The notes beneath the pieces are model-generated. The model saw only the letters and a list, made by a program, of their open reading frames with translations, made no database searches and was not told the origin of the DNA. Below are positions 19,593-28,768 of a stretch of 64,000 bases of DNA, piece by piece. The position numbers and the translations under genes were made by a program. The stretch comes from Patescibacteria group bacterium. Its GTDB lineage: Bacteria; Patescibacteriota; Minisyncoccia; Phycocordibacterales; SIBU01. Each line of letters starts with the position of its first letter. The first letter of the stretch is position 1. The stretch covers positions 101,113 through 165,112 of the forward strand of contig JAZJZC010000002.1 of NCBI GenBank assembly GCA_040390045.1, given 5' to 3'.

Positions 19593-20003
19593 ATGGAAAC
19601 CTACCAACAACATAAAAAGCTTTTCCTGTTCGGAGGGATTTTCCTCGTTCTGGTTATTTTATACTGGTTGTTTTTTTCTGGTGGGGGAGATACAGCGCCG
19701 AATGTTCCCACGAGTCCTACTGGCGGGTTGGTCACAGAGGTTGCCGAAAGTTCTTCCGATCAAATTGTAGGGCGCGAACTTCTTAATTTGCTTGCCGAAA
19801 TTCAAACCATCTCTTTGGACTTTTCCATTTTCGAAAATCCCGTGTTTTCGAGTTTGCAAGATTGGAGTAAGCCAATCGAGCCACAGCCGTTAGGTCAAAC
19901 CCTTGGTCGGAAAAATCCTTTTTCTGATTTCAGTAGCGATGCCAGTGTGGCTGGCGCGCGAGCGGCGCAACAAGTTGCGCCGGCGAATGCTCCCACTCAG
20001 TAG
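19593..20003 (+). CDS. small TM protein (PilP-like?)
   Basis: 136 aa with one TM helix. Operon position after the PilN/O-like genes and before pilB. Confidence 0.35.
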   Translation: METYQQHKKLFLFGGIFLVLVILYWLFFSGGGDTAPNVPTSPTGGLVTEVAESSSDQIVGRELLNLLAEIQTISLDFSIFENPVFSSLQDWSKPIEPQPLGQTLGRKNPFSDFSSDASVAGARAAQQVAPANAPTQ

Positions 20004-20033
20004 AAGCGCGTGGGGAAAATAATATAAATTTAC

Positions 20034-21740
20034 ATGAGCGTTTTAGACATACTCGTTGAAAAAAAACTAATCGCTGCCTCGGACATTCCGCAAATCAAAC
20101 AAGAAGTTGATAGGGCTGGAGGCAACCTTGACTCAGTGCTCGAAAAGCGCGGTATATCTCCTGCTGAAATATTGGCAAGTAAGGCAGATTACCTCGGCAT
20201 TCCTTTTATGAGTCTTGATGGCGTGACCGTACCTTTCGATATTTTGAAATACGTTCCAGAAGAATCGGCGGCCTACTATAAATTTGTGCCGATTAGTTTA
20301 AAAGAGGGCGTGCTTGATGTTGGTATTGTTGATCCTGACAATATCGAAGCGCGTGACGCTCTGAATTTCATTTCTACGAAAATTGATTTGCCTTTCAAGC
20401 TTTTTATTATTTCTCAGAAAGATTTTCAACGAGTGGTTGAGTCATATAAAGGATTATCCGGTGAAGTGACGCAGGCGCTTTCTGAACTCGAAACAGAACT
20501 GACTACCGACGACGCCTTGGAGCTCGGTGAAGACAAAGGTGACGGTGAAACTCGTATTATTGAAGATGCGCCGGTTACTAAAATTGTGGCTACGATTTTG
20601 CACTACGCCACCGAAGGCGACGCGTCGGATATTCACATTGAAAATGTAGGGGATAAGGTGCGCGTTCGCTTTCGAGTGGATGGAGTTTTAAATACCAGCC
20701 TCTTGCTTCCGATCAAGGTCTATTCGGCCGTGATCGCCCGTATCAAAATACTTTCCAACATGCGTCTCGATGAAAAACGTAAACCACAAGACGGTCGTTT
20801 TTCCGCAAAAATCGAAGGCCGTAAAGTCGACTTTCGTGTTTCTTCTTTGCCTGCGTATTATGGAGAAAAAATTGTAATGCGAATTCTCGATGCTGAAAAG
20901 GGAGTCAGCCCTATTGATAAAATGGGTCTTTCCCCGAGAAATTTGAAATTGCTTCGAGATGCGATCAACAAACCGTACGGCATGATTTTGATTTCAGGTC
21001 CGACCGGTTCTGGTAAATCAAGTACGCTCTACTCGATGCTAAACGAGGTGGATCGCGAGAAAAAAAATGTGATTTCGCTCGAAGATCCAGTTGAATACAA
21101 TATTGCTGGCATGAACCAATCTCAAGTGCGTCCGGAAATCGGATACACCTTTGCCAACGGGTTGCGTTCGATTTTGCGACAGGACCCCGACATTATCATG
21201 GTGGGAGAAATCCGCGATAAAGAAACGGCACTTCTCGCTGTGCAAGCGGCGCTCACGGGACATTTGGTGCTTTCCACTATTCACACTAACAATGCTGCTG
21301 GAGTAATTCCACGTTTGATTGACATGGGAGTTGATCCGTACTTGATTGCGCCGACCTTGATTCTCGCTATTGCTCAGCGATTGGTCAGTCTCATTTGTCC
21401 GGGATCAGGTAAAGAGGTTCCCATTTCAGGCAGTTTGAAAATGATGATGGATAAAGGATTTGAAGATTTACCTGCTGAGTTTAAGAAAGAGGTACCGACG
21501 AGCACTACGGTTTCTGAGTTGTGCCCAACACCCGAATGTCCAAAAGGCACGCGCGGTAGAGTGGCGGTATTTGAAATATTGCAGATGAGCGCTGCGCTTG
21601 AACAGGTGATTTTACACAATCCGACAGAACCCGAATTATTTAAAGTTGGGCGAAAGCAGGGGATGTTTACGTTGAAAGAAGACGCGTTAATTAAGGCGTT
21701 ACGGCAGGAAATTCCAATGGAAGAAGTTAATAAGTTGTAA
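20034..21740 (+). CDS. pilB: type IV pilus assembly ATPase PilB
   Basis: N-terminal GSPII_E_N-like domain, Walker A GPTGSGKSST, His box LVLSTIHTNN and a C-terminal Cys cluster. 568 aa. Confidence 0.85.
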   Translation: MSVLDILVEKKLIAASDIPQIKQEVDRAGGNLDSVLEKRGISPAEILASKADYLGIPFMSLDGVTVPFDILKYVPEESAAYYKFVPISLKEGVLDVGIVDPDNIEARDALNFISTKIDLPFKLFIISQKDFQRVVESYKGLSGEVTQALSELETELTTDDALELGEDKGDGETRIIEDAPVTKIVATILHYATEGDASDIHIENVGDKVRVRFRVDGVLNTSLLLPIKVYSAVIARIKILSNMRLDEKRKPQDGRFSAKIEGRKVDFRVSSLPAYYGEKIVMRILDAEKGVSPIDKMGLSPRNLKLLRDAINKPYGMILISGPTGSGKSSTLYSMLNEVDREKKNVISLEDPVEYNIAGMNQSQVRPEIGYTFANGLRSILRQDPDIIMVGEIRDKETALLAVQAALTGHLVLSTIHTNNAAGVIPRLIDMGVDPYLIAPTLILAIAQRLVSLICPGSGKEVPISGSLKMMMDKGFEDLPAEFKKEVPTSTTVSELCPTPECPKGTRGRVAVFEILQMSAALEQVILHNPTEPELFKVGRKQGMFTLKEDALIKALRQEIPMEEVNKL

Positions 21741-21744
21741 TTTC

Positions 21745-21862
21745 AATACGAAAATACGAAAAAGGTTACGAATATACGAACTTATACAAAAACTTTTTTG
21801 CAGTCACTACGGTTTTCGTACAATTTCGTATTTTCGTTAGTCCGCATTTCGTATCGAAGGAC
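21745..21862. repeat. R1 palindromic intergenic element (TACGAA-hexamer array / core / TTCGTA-hexamer array)
   Basis: Left half is caaTACGAAaaTACGAAaaaggtTACGAAtaTACGAA. Core is caaaaacttttttgcagtcactacggttttcgt. Right half is tttcgtattttcgttagtccgcatttcgtatcgaaggac. The last 37 nt are identical to the R1 copy at 35868-35903. Confidence 0.7.
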
Positions 21863-21909
21863 AGGTGGAGCATTTTCGTCTATACTATAAATTTGATATA
21901 CTTATAAAC

Positions 21910-22317
21910 ATGCCCGAGGATAAAAAACAAAAAGTTTTGATTATTGACGACGATGAGTTTCTTTTGAATATGTACTCGATGAAATTTAAAAAGTCGGGTT
22001 TTGAAATTGATACCGCGAAGAGCGGTAGTAGTGCGCTCAGTAAGATAAAAGAGGGTTCCAACCCTGATATTGTATTGCTTGATTTGGTAATGCCTGACAT
22101 GGATGGGCTAGAACTTTTAGGGACGTTGCGTAAGGAAAAATTGCTACCGAACGCTTCGGTTATTATTTTGAGTAATCAGAATCAACAGACAGATGTCGAC
22201 CGAGCGAAAAGTCTCGGTGTTGCTGGGTACATCGTTAAGGCCAGCTCTATTCCATCGGAAGTAGTGAGCGAAGTGGAACGAATTATTGCAACACCGGGCG
22301 CGAGCGTGAAAAAATAA
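21910..22317 (+). CDS. single-domain CheY-like response regulator (PilH/PilG-like receiver)
   Basis: Start MPEDKKQKVLIIDDDE; the phosphoacceptor Asp lies in LLDLVMPDMDG. The listed ORF begins at a GTG inside the R1 repeat, so the ATG at 21910 is preferred. Confidence 0.7.
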   Translation: MPEDKKQKVLIIDDDEFLLNMYSMKFKKSGFEIDTAKSGSSALSKIKEGSNPDIVLLDLVMPDMDGLELLGTLRKEKLLPNASVIILSNQNQQTDVDRAKSLGVAGYIVKASSIPSEVVSEVERIIATPGASVKK

Positions 22318-22326
22318 TGTAAACCA

Positions 22327-23394
22327 ATGTCAATTGATTACAACAAAGAATTGGAGGAGCTCATTGAGTACGTCATTAAAGAAGGCGGGTCTGATTTGCA
22401 TATTTCTGTAGGACGTCCACCGACTATTAGAGTGGCCGGCTCTTTAATTCCACTTGTCAAAAAGCCGAAACTGACAGAGGCCGACACCATGAGTCTTATT
22501 GAGATACTTTTAACTCCTGATAAGAGAGAACGTTTTTTGAGGGAGCATGAAGTGGATTTTTCCTATAGCTACAAAAATCGCGTCAGGTTTCGAGGTAACG
22601 GTTTTTTCCAACAAGAAAAAGTTTCGATTGCTCTGCGATTAATTCCCAAGGATATCAAAAATTTCGCTGACCTTTCTTTACCACCAATTTTGGAAACCTT
22701 TGCCCAGAGGCACCAGGGATTTTTCTTGGTTGTCGGCCCGATCGGCCAAGGAAAAACGACAACTCTCGCTTCAATGATCGAGTACATCAATACCACTCGA
22801 GCAGAACATATTATGACTATCGAAGATCCGATAGAGTATGTCTACGAAGAAAAAATGTCGATCATTGACCAGCGCGAGGTGGGCATTGATACCAAAGATT
22901 TTGCCAAGGCGCTCAGTAGTGTGTTTCGCGAAGATATAAATGTGGTGATGATTGGAGAAATGCGCGATCCGGAAACTATTTCGACCGCGGTTACCGCCGC
23001 TGAGACCGGACACTTAGTGCTTTCCACCTTGCATACCAATAACGCTTCGCAAACCATTGACCGTATTATTGACTCTTTTCCTTCTGGCCAGCAAGAGCAA
23101 ATTAGAATTCAACTCGCAGGAAGTTTGACTGGAATATTTTCCCAGCGATTGATCCCTCGAATTTCTGGGGGTTTAATTCCAGCCTACGAACTTTTGATTA
23201 ACAACAACGCCGTGGCCAACTTGATTCGCGAAAAACGTACTCACGAAATCGATACAATTATTGAAACGGGATTACAGCTTGGCATGATCGATATGAATCG
23301 CACCTTGGCAGATCTCGTTCGGGCAGGGGAGATTAGCAGTGAGAACGCTTTGTTGTATTCAGTAAATCCGAAGTCGTTGGAGCACCTTATGTAA
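22327..23394 (+). CDS. pilT: twitching-motility retraction ATPase PilT
   Basis: GPIGQGKTTT Walker A, and HLVLSTLHTNNASQTIDRI His box / PilT motif. 355 aa. Confidence 0.85.
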   Translation: MSIDYNKELEELIEYVIKEGGSDLHISVGRPPTIRVAGSLIPLVKKPKLTEADTMSLIEILLTPDKRERFLREHEVDFSYSYKNRVRFRGNGFFQQEKVSIALRLIPKDIKNFADLSLPPILETFAQRHQGFFLVVGPIGQGKTTTLASMIEYINTTRAEHIMTIEDPIEYVYEEKMSIIDQREVGIDTKDFAKALSSVFREDINVVMIGEMRDPETISTAVTAAETGHLVLSTLHTNNASQTIDRIIDSFPSGQQEQIRIQLAGSLTGIFSQRLIPRISGGLIPAYELLINNNAVANLIREKRTHEIDTIIETGLQLGMIDMNRTLADLVRAGEISSENALLYSVNPKSLEHLM

Positions 23395-23395
23395 C

Positions 23396-23546
23396 GATAC
23401 GAAAATACGAAATGAAAACGAAAATACGAAATCATACAAAAACTTTTCCGGTGCCATTACGGTTTTCGTTTATAATTTTGCTCACACGTTTAATAAATGC
23501 GTCAGTTTTCGTATAGTTTCGTATTTTCGTATAATAATTTCGTATC
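23396..23546. repeat. R1 palindromic intergenic element (copy 2)
   Basis: Left half gaTACGAAaaTACGAAatgaaaaCGAAaaTACGAAatcatacaaaaacttttccggtgccattacggttttcgtt. Right half 5x TTTCGTA. It fills the whole pilT-pilC spacer. Confidence 0.7.
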
Positions 23547-24752
23547 ATGTTATTTAATTACCAAGCACTCGACAATCAAAGCCAGACAGTCAAAGGTTCA
23601 ATTGATGCTATTTCAATTGATGTAGCGATCAGTTCTCTTCAGCATAGAGGATTTATTATTTCCTCGATTGCTCCTGCATCGGGCGGCACTGGTTTGAACA
23701 TGCAGATTAACTGGTTCAATCGTATCAAGACAAAAGATATTGTGCTTCTCTCAAGGCAACTTGCCACGCTTTTTCAAGCCCAGGTTTCTGCGTTAAGAAT
23801 TTTCCGGTTGATTTCGGCTGAGGCTGAAAATCCAACCCTTCAGTCTAAGCTTTTAGAAATTGCCGACGACTTGCAAGGCGGCAATTCTATTTCTAAATCG
23901 CTTTCAAAACACCCAGATGTTTTTTCTGATTTTTATGTCAACATGGTTCGTTCCGGTGAAGAGGCGGGGAAGCTCGATCAAACGTTCGAATATCTTGCTG
24001 ACTATCTTGAACGCTCGTATGAAATTCTTTCCAAGGCTCGTGGCGCCTTGATATACCCGGCGTTCGTAGTTGTGGTGTTTATTTCCGTGATGGTCTTGAT
24101 GCTCGTTCTTGTGATACCAAACTTAAGCGCCACCTTAATTGAGTCTGGACAGGAAATACCTGTGTACACGAAAGGTGTTATTGCTGTCAGCAATCTTTTT
24201 GTCCATTACGGTATTATTCTTTTAATTGTTGTAGTTGGGGGAGGCGTCGGTATTTGGAGGTGGGGGAAGACAAAAACTGGAGCTTTAGCCATTGACACTT
24301 TTAAATTAAAAGTTCCATACCTCGGCACTCTCTATAGCAAAATTTATTTAGCTCGTATTTCAGATAACCTAAACACATTGTTGCAGTCTGCTATACCAAT
24401 TGTTAAAACCTTGGAAATTACATCCTCTGTTATCGACAACGTAGTATATAAGGCGATTTTGAGTGACACGATTGAAGGGGTCAAGGCGGGGAACTCAATT
24501 TCAGATTCCATGGGACGACACCCAGAAATTCCAGGTATCATGATCCAGATGATGAAGGTGGGAGAAGAAACCGGTGAGCTCGGATCAATTCTCAAAACCT
24601 TATCTCGCTTTTATGCCCGTGAAGTTTCTAATGCAGTCGATGCACTTGTTAGTCTCATTGAGCCAGCCATGGTGGTAGGTCTTGGATTGGGCGTCGGATT
24701 CCTCTTTGCTGCCATCCTTATCCCGATTTACAACATCTCGGCGGCGCAATAA
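23547..24752 (+). CDS. pilC: type IV pilus inner-membrane platform protein PilC
   Basis: 401 aa with duplicated T2SSF domains. Downstream of pilT. Confidence 0.8.
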   Translation: MLFNYQALDNQSQTVKGSIDAISIDVAISSLQHRGFIISSIAPASGGTGLNMQINWFNRIKTKDIVLLSRQLATLFQAQVSALRIFRLISAEAENPTLQSKLLEIADDLQGGNSISKSLSKHPDVFSDFYVNMVRSGEEAGKLDQTFEYLADYLERSYEILSKARGALIYPAFVVVVFISVMVLMLVLVIPNLSATLIESGQEIPVYTKGVIAVSNLFVHYGIILLIVVVGGGVGIWRWGKTKTGALAIDTFKLKVPYLGTLYSKIYLARISDNLNTLLQSAIPIVKTLEITSSVIDNVVYKAILSDTIEGVKAGNSISDSMGRHPEIPGIMIQMMKVGEETGELGSILKTLSRFYAREVSNAVDALVSLIEPAMVVGLGLGVGFLFAAILIPIYNISAAQ

Positions 24753-24760
24753 ACACATAG

Positions 24761-25210
24761 CATGTAACACGTAACATGGAGCATGGAACAGAAGAGTCAA
24801 ATACGGAGAAAACATTCCACCAGAAGCTCCAGTTAAAAATTGATGAGTATGTCCACGGGGTGTATGCACTTAGTAAAAAATTCCCAAAGGAGGAAGCGTA
24901 TGGCATAACCTCTCAGCTAAGGCGAGCAAGTCTTTCTGTCCCGCTTAATTACATTGAGGGGTATGCGCGACAGAGGGATAAGGTCTACAAAAATTTTCTT
25001 GAAATTTCCTACGGTTCCCTGAAAGAATCCTTATATCTGATTAAGTTTTCTTATGACGAAAATCTAATTTCTAAAGAACAATATGAAAAATATATTAGTC
25101 TAGGAGATGAAATAGGCGCAATGATATGGTCAATTTTGCGCAAAATCTAGTCTTCTGGCCTCTTTATCCCCCCTTGTTGCATGCTACGTGCTCCATGTTC
25201 CATGATTCAG
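24761..25210. mobile_element. R2-family palindromic element carrying a four-helix-bundle gene
   Basis: Left end catgtaacacgtaacatggagcatggaacag (24761-24791). Right end atgctacgtgctccatgttccatgattcag (25181-25210) contains the reverse complement of the same acatggagca / catggaaca motifs. Confidence 0.5.
24776..25150 (+). CDS. four-helix-bundle protein (TIGR02436-like, the '23S rRNA intervening-sequence protein' family)
   Basis: KKFPKEEAYGITSQLRRASLSVPLNYIEGYARQ matches the family's conserved core. The N-terminal MEHGTEESN residues are partly encoded by the repeat end. Confidence 0.6.
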   Translation: MEHGTEESNTEKTFHQKLQLKIDEYVHGVYALSKKFPKEEAYGITSQLRRASLSVPLNYIEGYARQRDKVYKNFLEISYGSLKESLYLIKFSYDENLISKEQYEKYISLGDEIGAMIWSILRKI

Positions 25211-25352
25211 CCCGTTATCCACACCCCTTTTCAAACTTGAAACGAAAGGAGTATAATAGACCCATAGTAAATAACAGCCACTCTGAATGTATTAAGGAGA
25301 GGGCGGTCGAGCGGTTTAAAAAAATTATTAATTATTAAAATTTTTTAACATA

Positions 25353-25718
25353 ATGAAAAATTCAAAAGGTTTTACCCTTATCGAACTTTTGGTAGTTATC
25401 GCAATTATCGGTATCTTGTCTTCTGTTGTTTTGGTTAGCCTTAACAGTGCTCGCCAGAGAGCTAAGGATGCCGCCTTCAAAGCTGAGGCCACTGGAATAG
25501 TTCCAGGACTTGTAAGCATCTGTGATCAGGCCAACGTTGTTGTCGGTGATTTGGGTAGTCCTTCTACTTACTCGGCAGCTGCTGCTTTTGGAACAATTGT
25601 TCAGAGCTGTGGATCTTCTGGAACAGGAGTTTGGACTATGACAGTGACTGCAACCAACGGCGCCGTTTCTACTGCTGATGTTGCTGCATGTTCACAAAGT
25701 GGTTGTACATTCAGTTAG
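25353..25718 (+). CDS. type IV pilin (major-pilin candidate)
   Basis: [26 protein letters not shown] prepilin motif. 121 aa with a C-terminal Cys pair (CSQSGCTFS). Confidence 0.8.
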   Translation: MKNSKGFTLIELLVVIAIIGILSSVVLVSLNSARQRAKDAAFKAEATGIVPGLVSICDQANVVVGDLGSPSTYSAAAAFGTIVQSCGSSGTGVWTMTVTATNGAVSTADVAACSQSGCTFS

Positions 25719-25740
25719 ATCTTTTTCTCAAGCTAGTTTA

Positions 25741-25776
25741 AAAAAACAAAGCCCTTTGCCGGGCTTTGTTTTTTTA
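25741..25776 (+). terminator. rho-independent terminator (caaagccctttgccgggctttg + T-tract)
   Basis: Perfect hairpin followed by tttttttaaa directly after the pilin stop. Confidence 0.7.
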
Positions 25777-26025
25777 AAGCGAACGAAAAATGTTACTATG
25801 GGGAGAGGCCTTTTTGATATAACATTTACGCCTTTTGCACTGGGGATTGGCGGAGCTTGTACTTCAGCTACTATGACGCAAGGATATGTTACATATGTGG
25901 GGTGTTAACAAGTCATTAAATTAAAATTGTTACCCAATGACCCTTTCCGCTCCGTGTCGAATGTGTGGATAAGTAGATTTCACTTTTAGTGTACAATAGA
26001 GCAATTAAGAACTAATTTATTTTTT

Positions 26026-26394
26026 ATGCAGTTACGCCAAAAAGGTTTTACTTTAATTGAGCTTCTCGTGGTTATCGCAATTATCGGTATTCTGTCTAGT
26101 GTTGTTTTAGTAAGTCTTAATAGCGCTCGCCAAAGGAGTAAAGATGCTGCATTTAAGGCAGAAGCTCGTGGTGTGGTGGCTGGAATAAATAGTATATGTA
26201 ATGAGGTTTCAGTAGTGGTTGCTGATCTCAAAACGCCATCAACTTACAGTGCCGCTGCCGCTTTTGGAACCATGGTGCAGAATTGCGGTTCTTCAGGAAC
26301 AGGTGTGTGGACTATGACTATAACGGCAACCAACGGGGCAGTTTCTACGGCTAATGTTGCTGCATGCTCCCAGGGTGGTTGTACTTTCAGTTAA
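26026..26394 (+). CDS. type IV pilin (tandem paralogue)
   Basis: [27 protein letters not shown] prepilin motif. About 70% identical to the preceding pilin, with a near-identical C-terminal disulfide-loop region. Confidence 0.8.
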   Translation: MQLRQKGFTLIELLVVIAIIGILSSVVLVSLNSARQRSKDAAFKAEARGVVAGINSICNEVSVVVADLKTPSTYSAAAAFGTMVQNCGSSGTGVWTMTITATNGAVSTANVAACSQGGCTFS

Positions 26395-26478
26395 TTCTTT
26401 AAGTATCAAAGAATACTATTGTGTGAGAGGCAGGAATCTGTCTAGGGTGGTTGTTTATATTTTCTTAACTATTTATTT

Positions 26479-26964
26479 ATGAATGATCAGACAAAAATCA
26501 AAAGCTACGGATTTACTCTCATCGAACTTTTGGTTGTGATTGCTATTGTGGGTATCTTATCTTCCGTGGTATTGATGAATTTAAATGGTGCTCGCGCAAG
26601 GTCTCGAGATGTGAAGCGTATTGCCGATGTCAAAAGCTTACAACTCGCGTTGGAATTGTATTTTGATAACAATCGTAGCTACCCCGCAACACTTTCAGTT
26701 TTGACTGCGGCGCCAACTTACATTTCCCCAGTTCCGACTCCTCCCGAAGGTGGTAGTTATGTGTATAGGCCGATTACTATCGGAGGTACTTGTAATAGCT
26801 ATCATTTGGGTGCGGTTTTGGAACAAAGTACTAGTGCTGAATTACTAACTGATGCAGACCCTCCTACGGGAAGTGTTTGCAGTGGAGCTGCGGATTTCAG
26901 TGGTGTAAGTACTGACTGTGGGACTGGTTCTGGAGCGGAGAGATGTTTCGATGTTGCGCCATAA
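26479..26964 (+). CDS. type IV pilin-like protein
   Basis: [32 protein letters not shown] prepilin motif. 161 aa with a C-terminal Cys-rich region. Confidence 0.75.
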   Translation: MNDQTKIKSYGFTLIELLVVIAIVGILSSVVLMNLNGARARSRDVKRIADVKSLQLALELYFDNNRSYPATLSVLTAAPTYISPVPTPPEGGSYVYRPITIGGTCNSYHLGAVLEQSTSAELLTDADPPTGSVCSGAADFSGVSTDCGTGSGAERCFDVAP

Positions 26965-26988
26965 ATTAAAATAGCCAATTTTGTTGAG

Positions 26989-27024
26989 AAAACGCCGGCT
27001 GGGCTTTGCCCAGCCGGCGTTTTC
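26989..27024 (+). terminator. rho-independent terminator (aaacgccggctgggctttgcccagccggcgtttt)
   Basis: 14-bp perfect stem with a T-tract. Confidence 0.7.
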
Positions 27025-27080
27025 GTTTAGCGGAAAAGTTACTCACGGAGTATAATAGAGGAGTGGGTCCCGTAGTAGAA

Positions 27081-27196
27081 AATGGCGTTGCTGTTTGCTA
27101 CAACAAGTTTTTAAAGTAACGCTAGATTGTAATTTACAAAACTTAATTTAATTTAAATTTGGTACAAGTTGCTTCACAGCAAACGACGCCATTTTT
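27081..27196 (+). promoter_or_regulatory. long-range inverted repeat (aaaatggcgttgctgtttgc ... gcaaacgacgccatttttc) in the pilD leader
   Basis: Arms of about 18 bp, roughly 80 nt apart, directly upstream of ATG 27206. Confidence 0.3.
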
Positions 27197-27205
27197 CACT
27201 ACCGG

Positions 27206-28069
27206 ATGGAAATTCTAACAACATTCCTCTTTTTTATTTTCGGCACCATTGTCGGAAGTTTTTTAAATGTTGTCATTCTCCGCTTTAACACTGGTGGGAC
27301 GCTCGGAGGGAGATCCCATTGTTTTACGTGTGGCAAAGACATCGCGTGGTACGACCTCGTGCCGTTGTGGAGTTTTTTATTTTTAGGCGGCACATGTCGT
27401 TTTTGCAAAAGTAAAATTTCATTTCAGTATCCCTTAGTTGAATTTCTAGCTGGTTTAATTTTTGCCATATCTTTCTGCCAATTTTCTCCTCAAGTTTCCT
27501 TGCTCGGCCTCTACCATACTACCGACTATCTACTATTCTCTATCTCTCTCATCATCTACTCTCTCTTGATTGTTATTGCCGTATATGATTTCCGTCACCA
27601 AATTATTCCCGACCTGTTAGTTTTTTTGTTCGCGATTTTTGCCTTGCTCAAATTATTTTTAATGAACGATGTGTCTGCGTTGTTTATGTTTCCCGGACTA
27701 CTCAATCTTTTAGCCGGACCACTGTTAGCCTTGCCGCTATTTCTCCTGTGGTTAGTTTCTCGTGGCAGATGGATTGGGCTTGGCGATGCCAAACTGATGC
27801 TCGGCGTTGGTTGGTTTTTAGGTTTCACTCTTGGCGCCTCGGCAATGATTATCGGTTTTTGGATAGGAGCTCTTGTTTCTGTCTTACTTCTCGGTCTCGG
27901 GAAACTTATGAAAGCCAGTTTCGGGCAATTTCTGGGTTTGAGTTTCAGCCTGAAAAATCTTACAATTAAGAGCGAAGTTCCTCTGGCGCCGTTTCTCATC
28001 CTCGGATTCTTTATAGCGGCCTTTTTCAAAATTGATGTTTTGGGATTGAGTTCAATGTTTTCTATATGA
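27206..28069 (+). CDS. pilD: prepilin peptidase PilD (A24 family)
   Basis: N-terminal tetracysteine CFTCGKDIAWYDLVPLW...CRFCKSKI, polytopic membrane topology. 287 aa. Confidence 0.8.
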   Translation: MEILTTFLFFIFGTIVGSFLNVVILRFNTGGTLGGRSHCFTCGKDIAWYDLVPLWSFLFLGGTCRFCKSKISFQYPLVEFLAGLIFAISFCQFSPQVSLLGLYHTTDYLLFSISLIIYSLLIVIAVYDFRHQIIPDLLVFLFAIFALLKLFLMNDVSALFMFPGLLNLLAGPLLALPLFLLWLVSRGRWIGLGDAKLMLGVGWFLGFTLGASAMIIGFWIGALVSVLLLGLGKLMKASFGQFLGLSFSLKNLTIKSEVPLAPFLILGFFIAAFFKIDVLGLSSMFSI

Positions 28070-28079
28070 ATTAAGAATT

Positions 28080-28763
28080 ATGAATTATGAATTAAGAAAA
28101 CAAAAAGATAAGTCGCGGAAGTGCTTTCCCAGGTTTTTCCATAATTCCTACTTCCTGATTCCTAATTCGCCTAAAAAGGGTTTTTCCCTGATTGAGCTTA
28201 TGGTCTCAATTGCCATTTTTACGCTTTTGACAAGCATTGTGATGGTAAGCCAGCAGAAATTTGGTGGTCAGATTTTGATTACCAATCTCGCGTATGATAT
28301 CGCGCTCGGTATTCGCGAAGCTCAGGTGTATGGTATCAGTGTTAAAACTACGACAGGTGGGAAGTTTGATAAAAGTTACGGTATTCATTTTAAAGATCCT
28401 AATTATTATGTTTTGTTTGTGGATAGTAGCCCGGCGAATGGAAAATATGATGGGCCAGATAGTGGCAGTGCCTGTATGGCAGGCGGGGAGTGTCTTAGTT
28501 TTTTTAGAATAGAAAAAGGGAATGCGATTACTCGACTATGTGCCGATAACGAATGTACTGACTCTGGGGCTGGCAATCAAATTTCTGGACTTGACCTTTT
28601 ATTCACAAGACCTGAACCCGATCCAATGATCCATCCGTTGGATAACGCGGGCGCTCAAATGCTCGGTGCGTTTTCCACAGCTCAAGTGACGGTCGCCTCA
28701 CCGCAGGGTCTCACACGAACTATTAATATTTTAAAGAGCGGTCAAGTGTCGGTAGTTAATTAA
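28080..28763 (+). CDS. minor pilin / pseudopilin
   Basis: KKGFSLIELMVSIAIFTLL prepilin motif. It follows an unusually long (about 30-aa) leader, so the start is uncertain. Confidence 0.6.
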   Translation: MNYELRKQKDKSRKCFPRFFHNSYFLIPNSPKKGFSLIELMVSIAIFTLLTSIVMVSQQKFGGQILITNLAYDIALGIREAQVYGISVKTTTGGKFDKSYGIHFKDPNYYVLFVDSSPANGKYDGPDSGSACMAGGECLSFFRIEKGNAITRLCADNECTDSGAGNQISGLDLLFTRPEPDPMIHPLDNAGAQMLGAFSTAQVTVASPQGLTRTINILKSGQVSVVN

Positions 28764-28768
28764 TTGAC

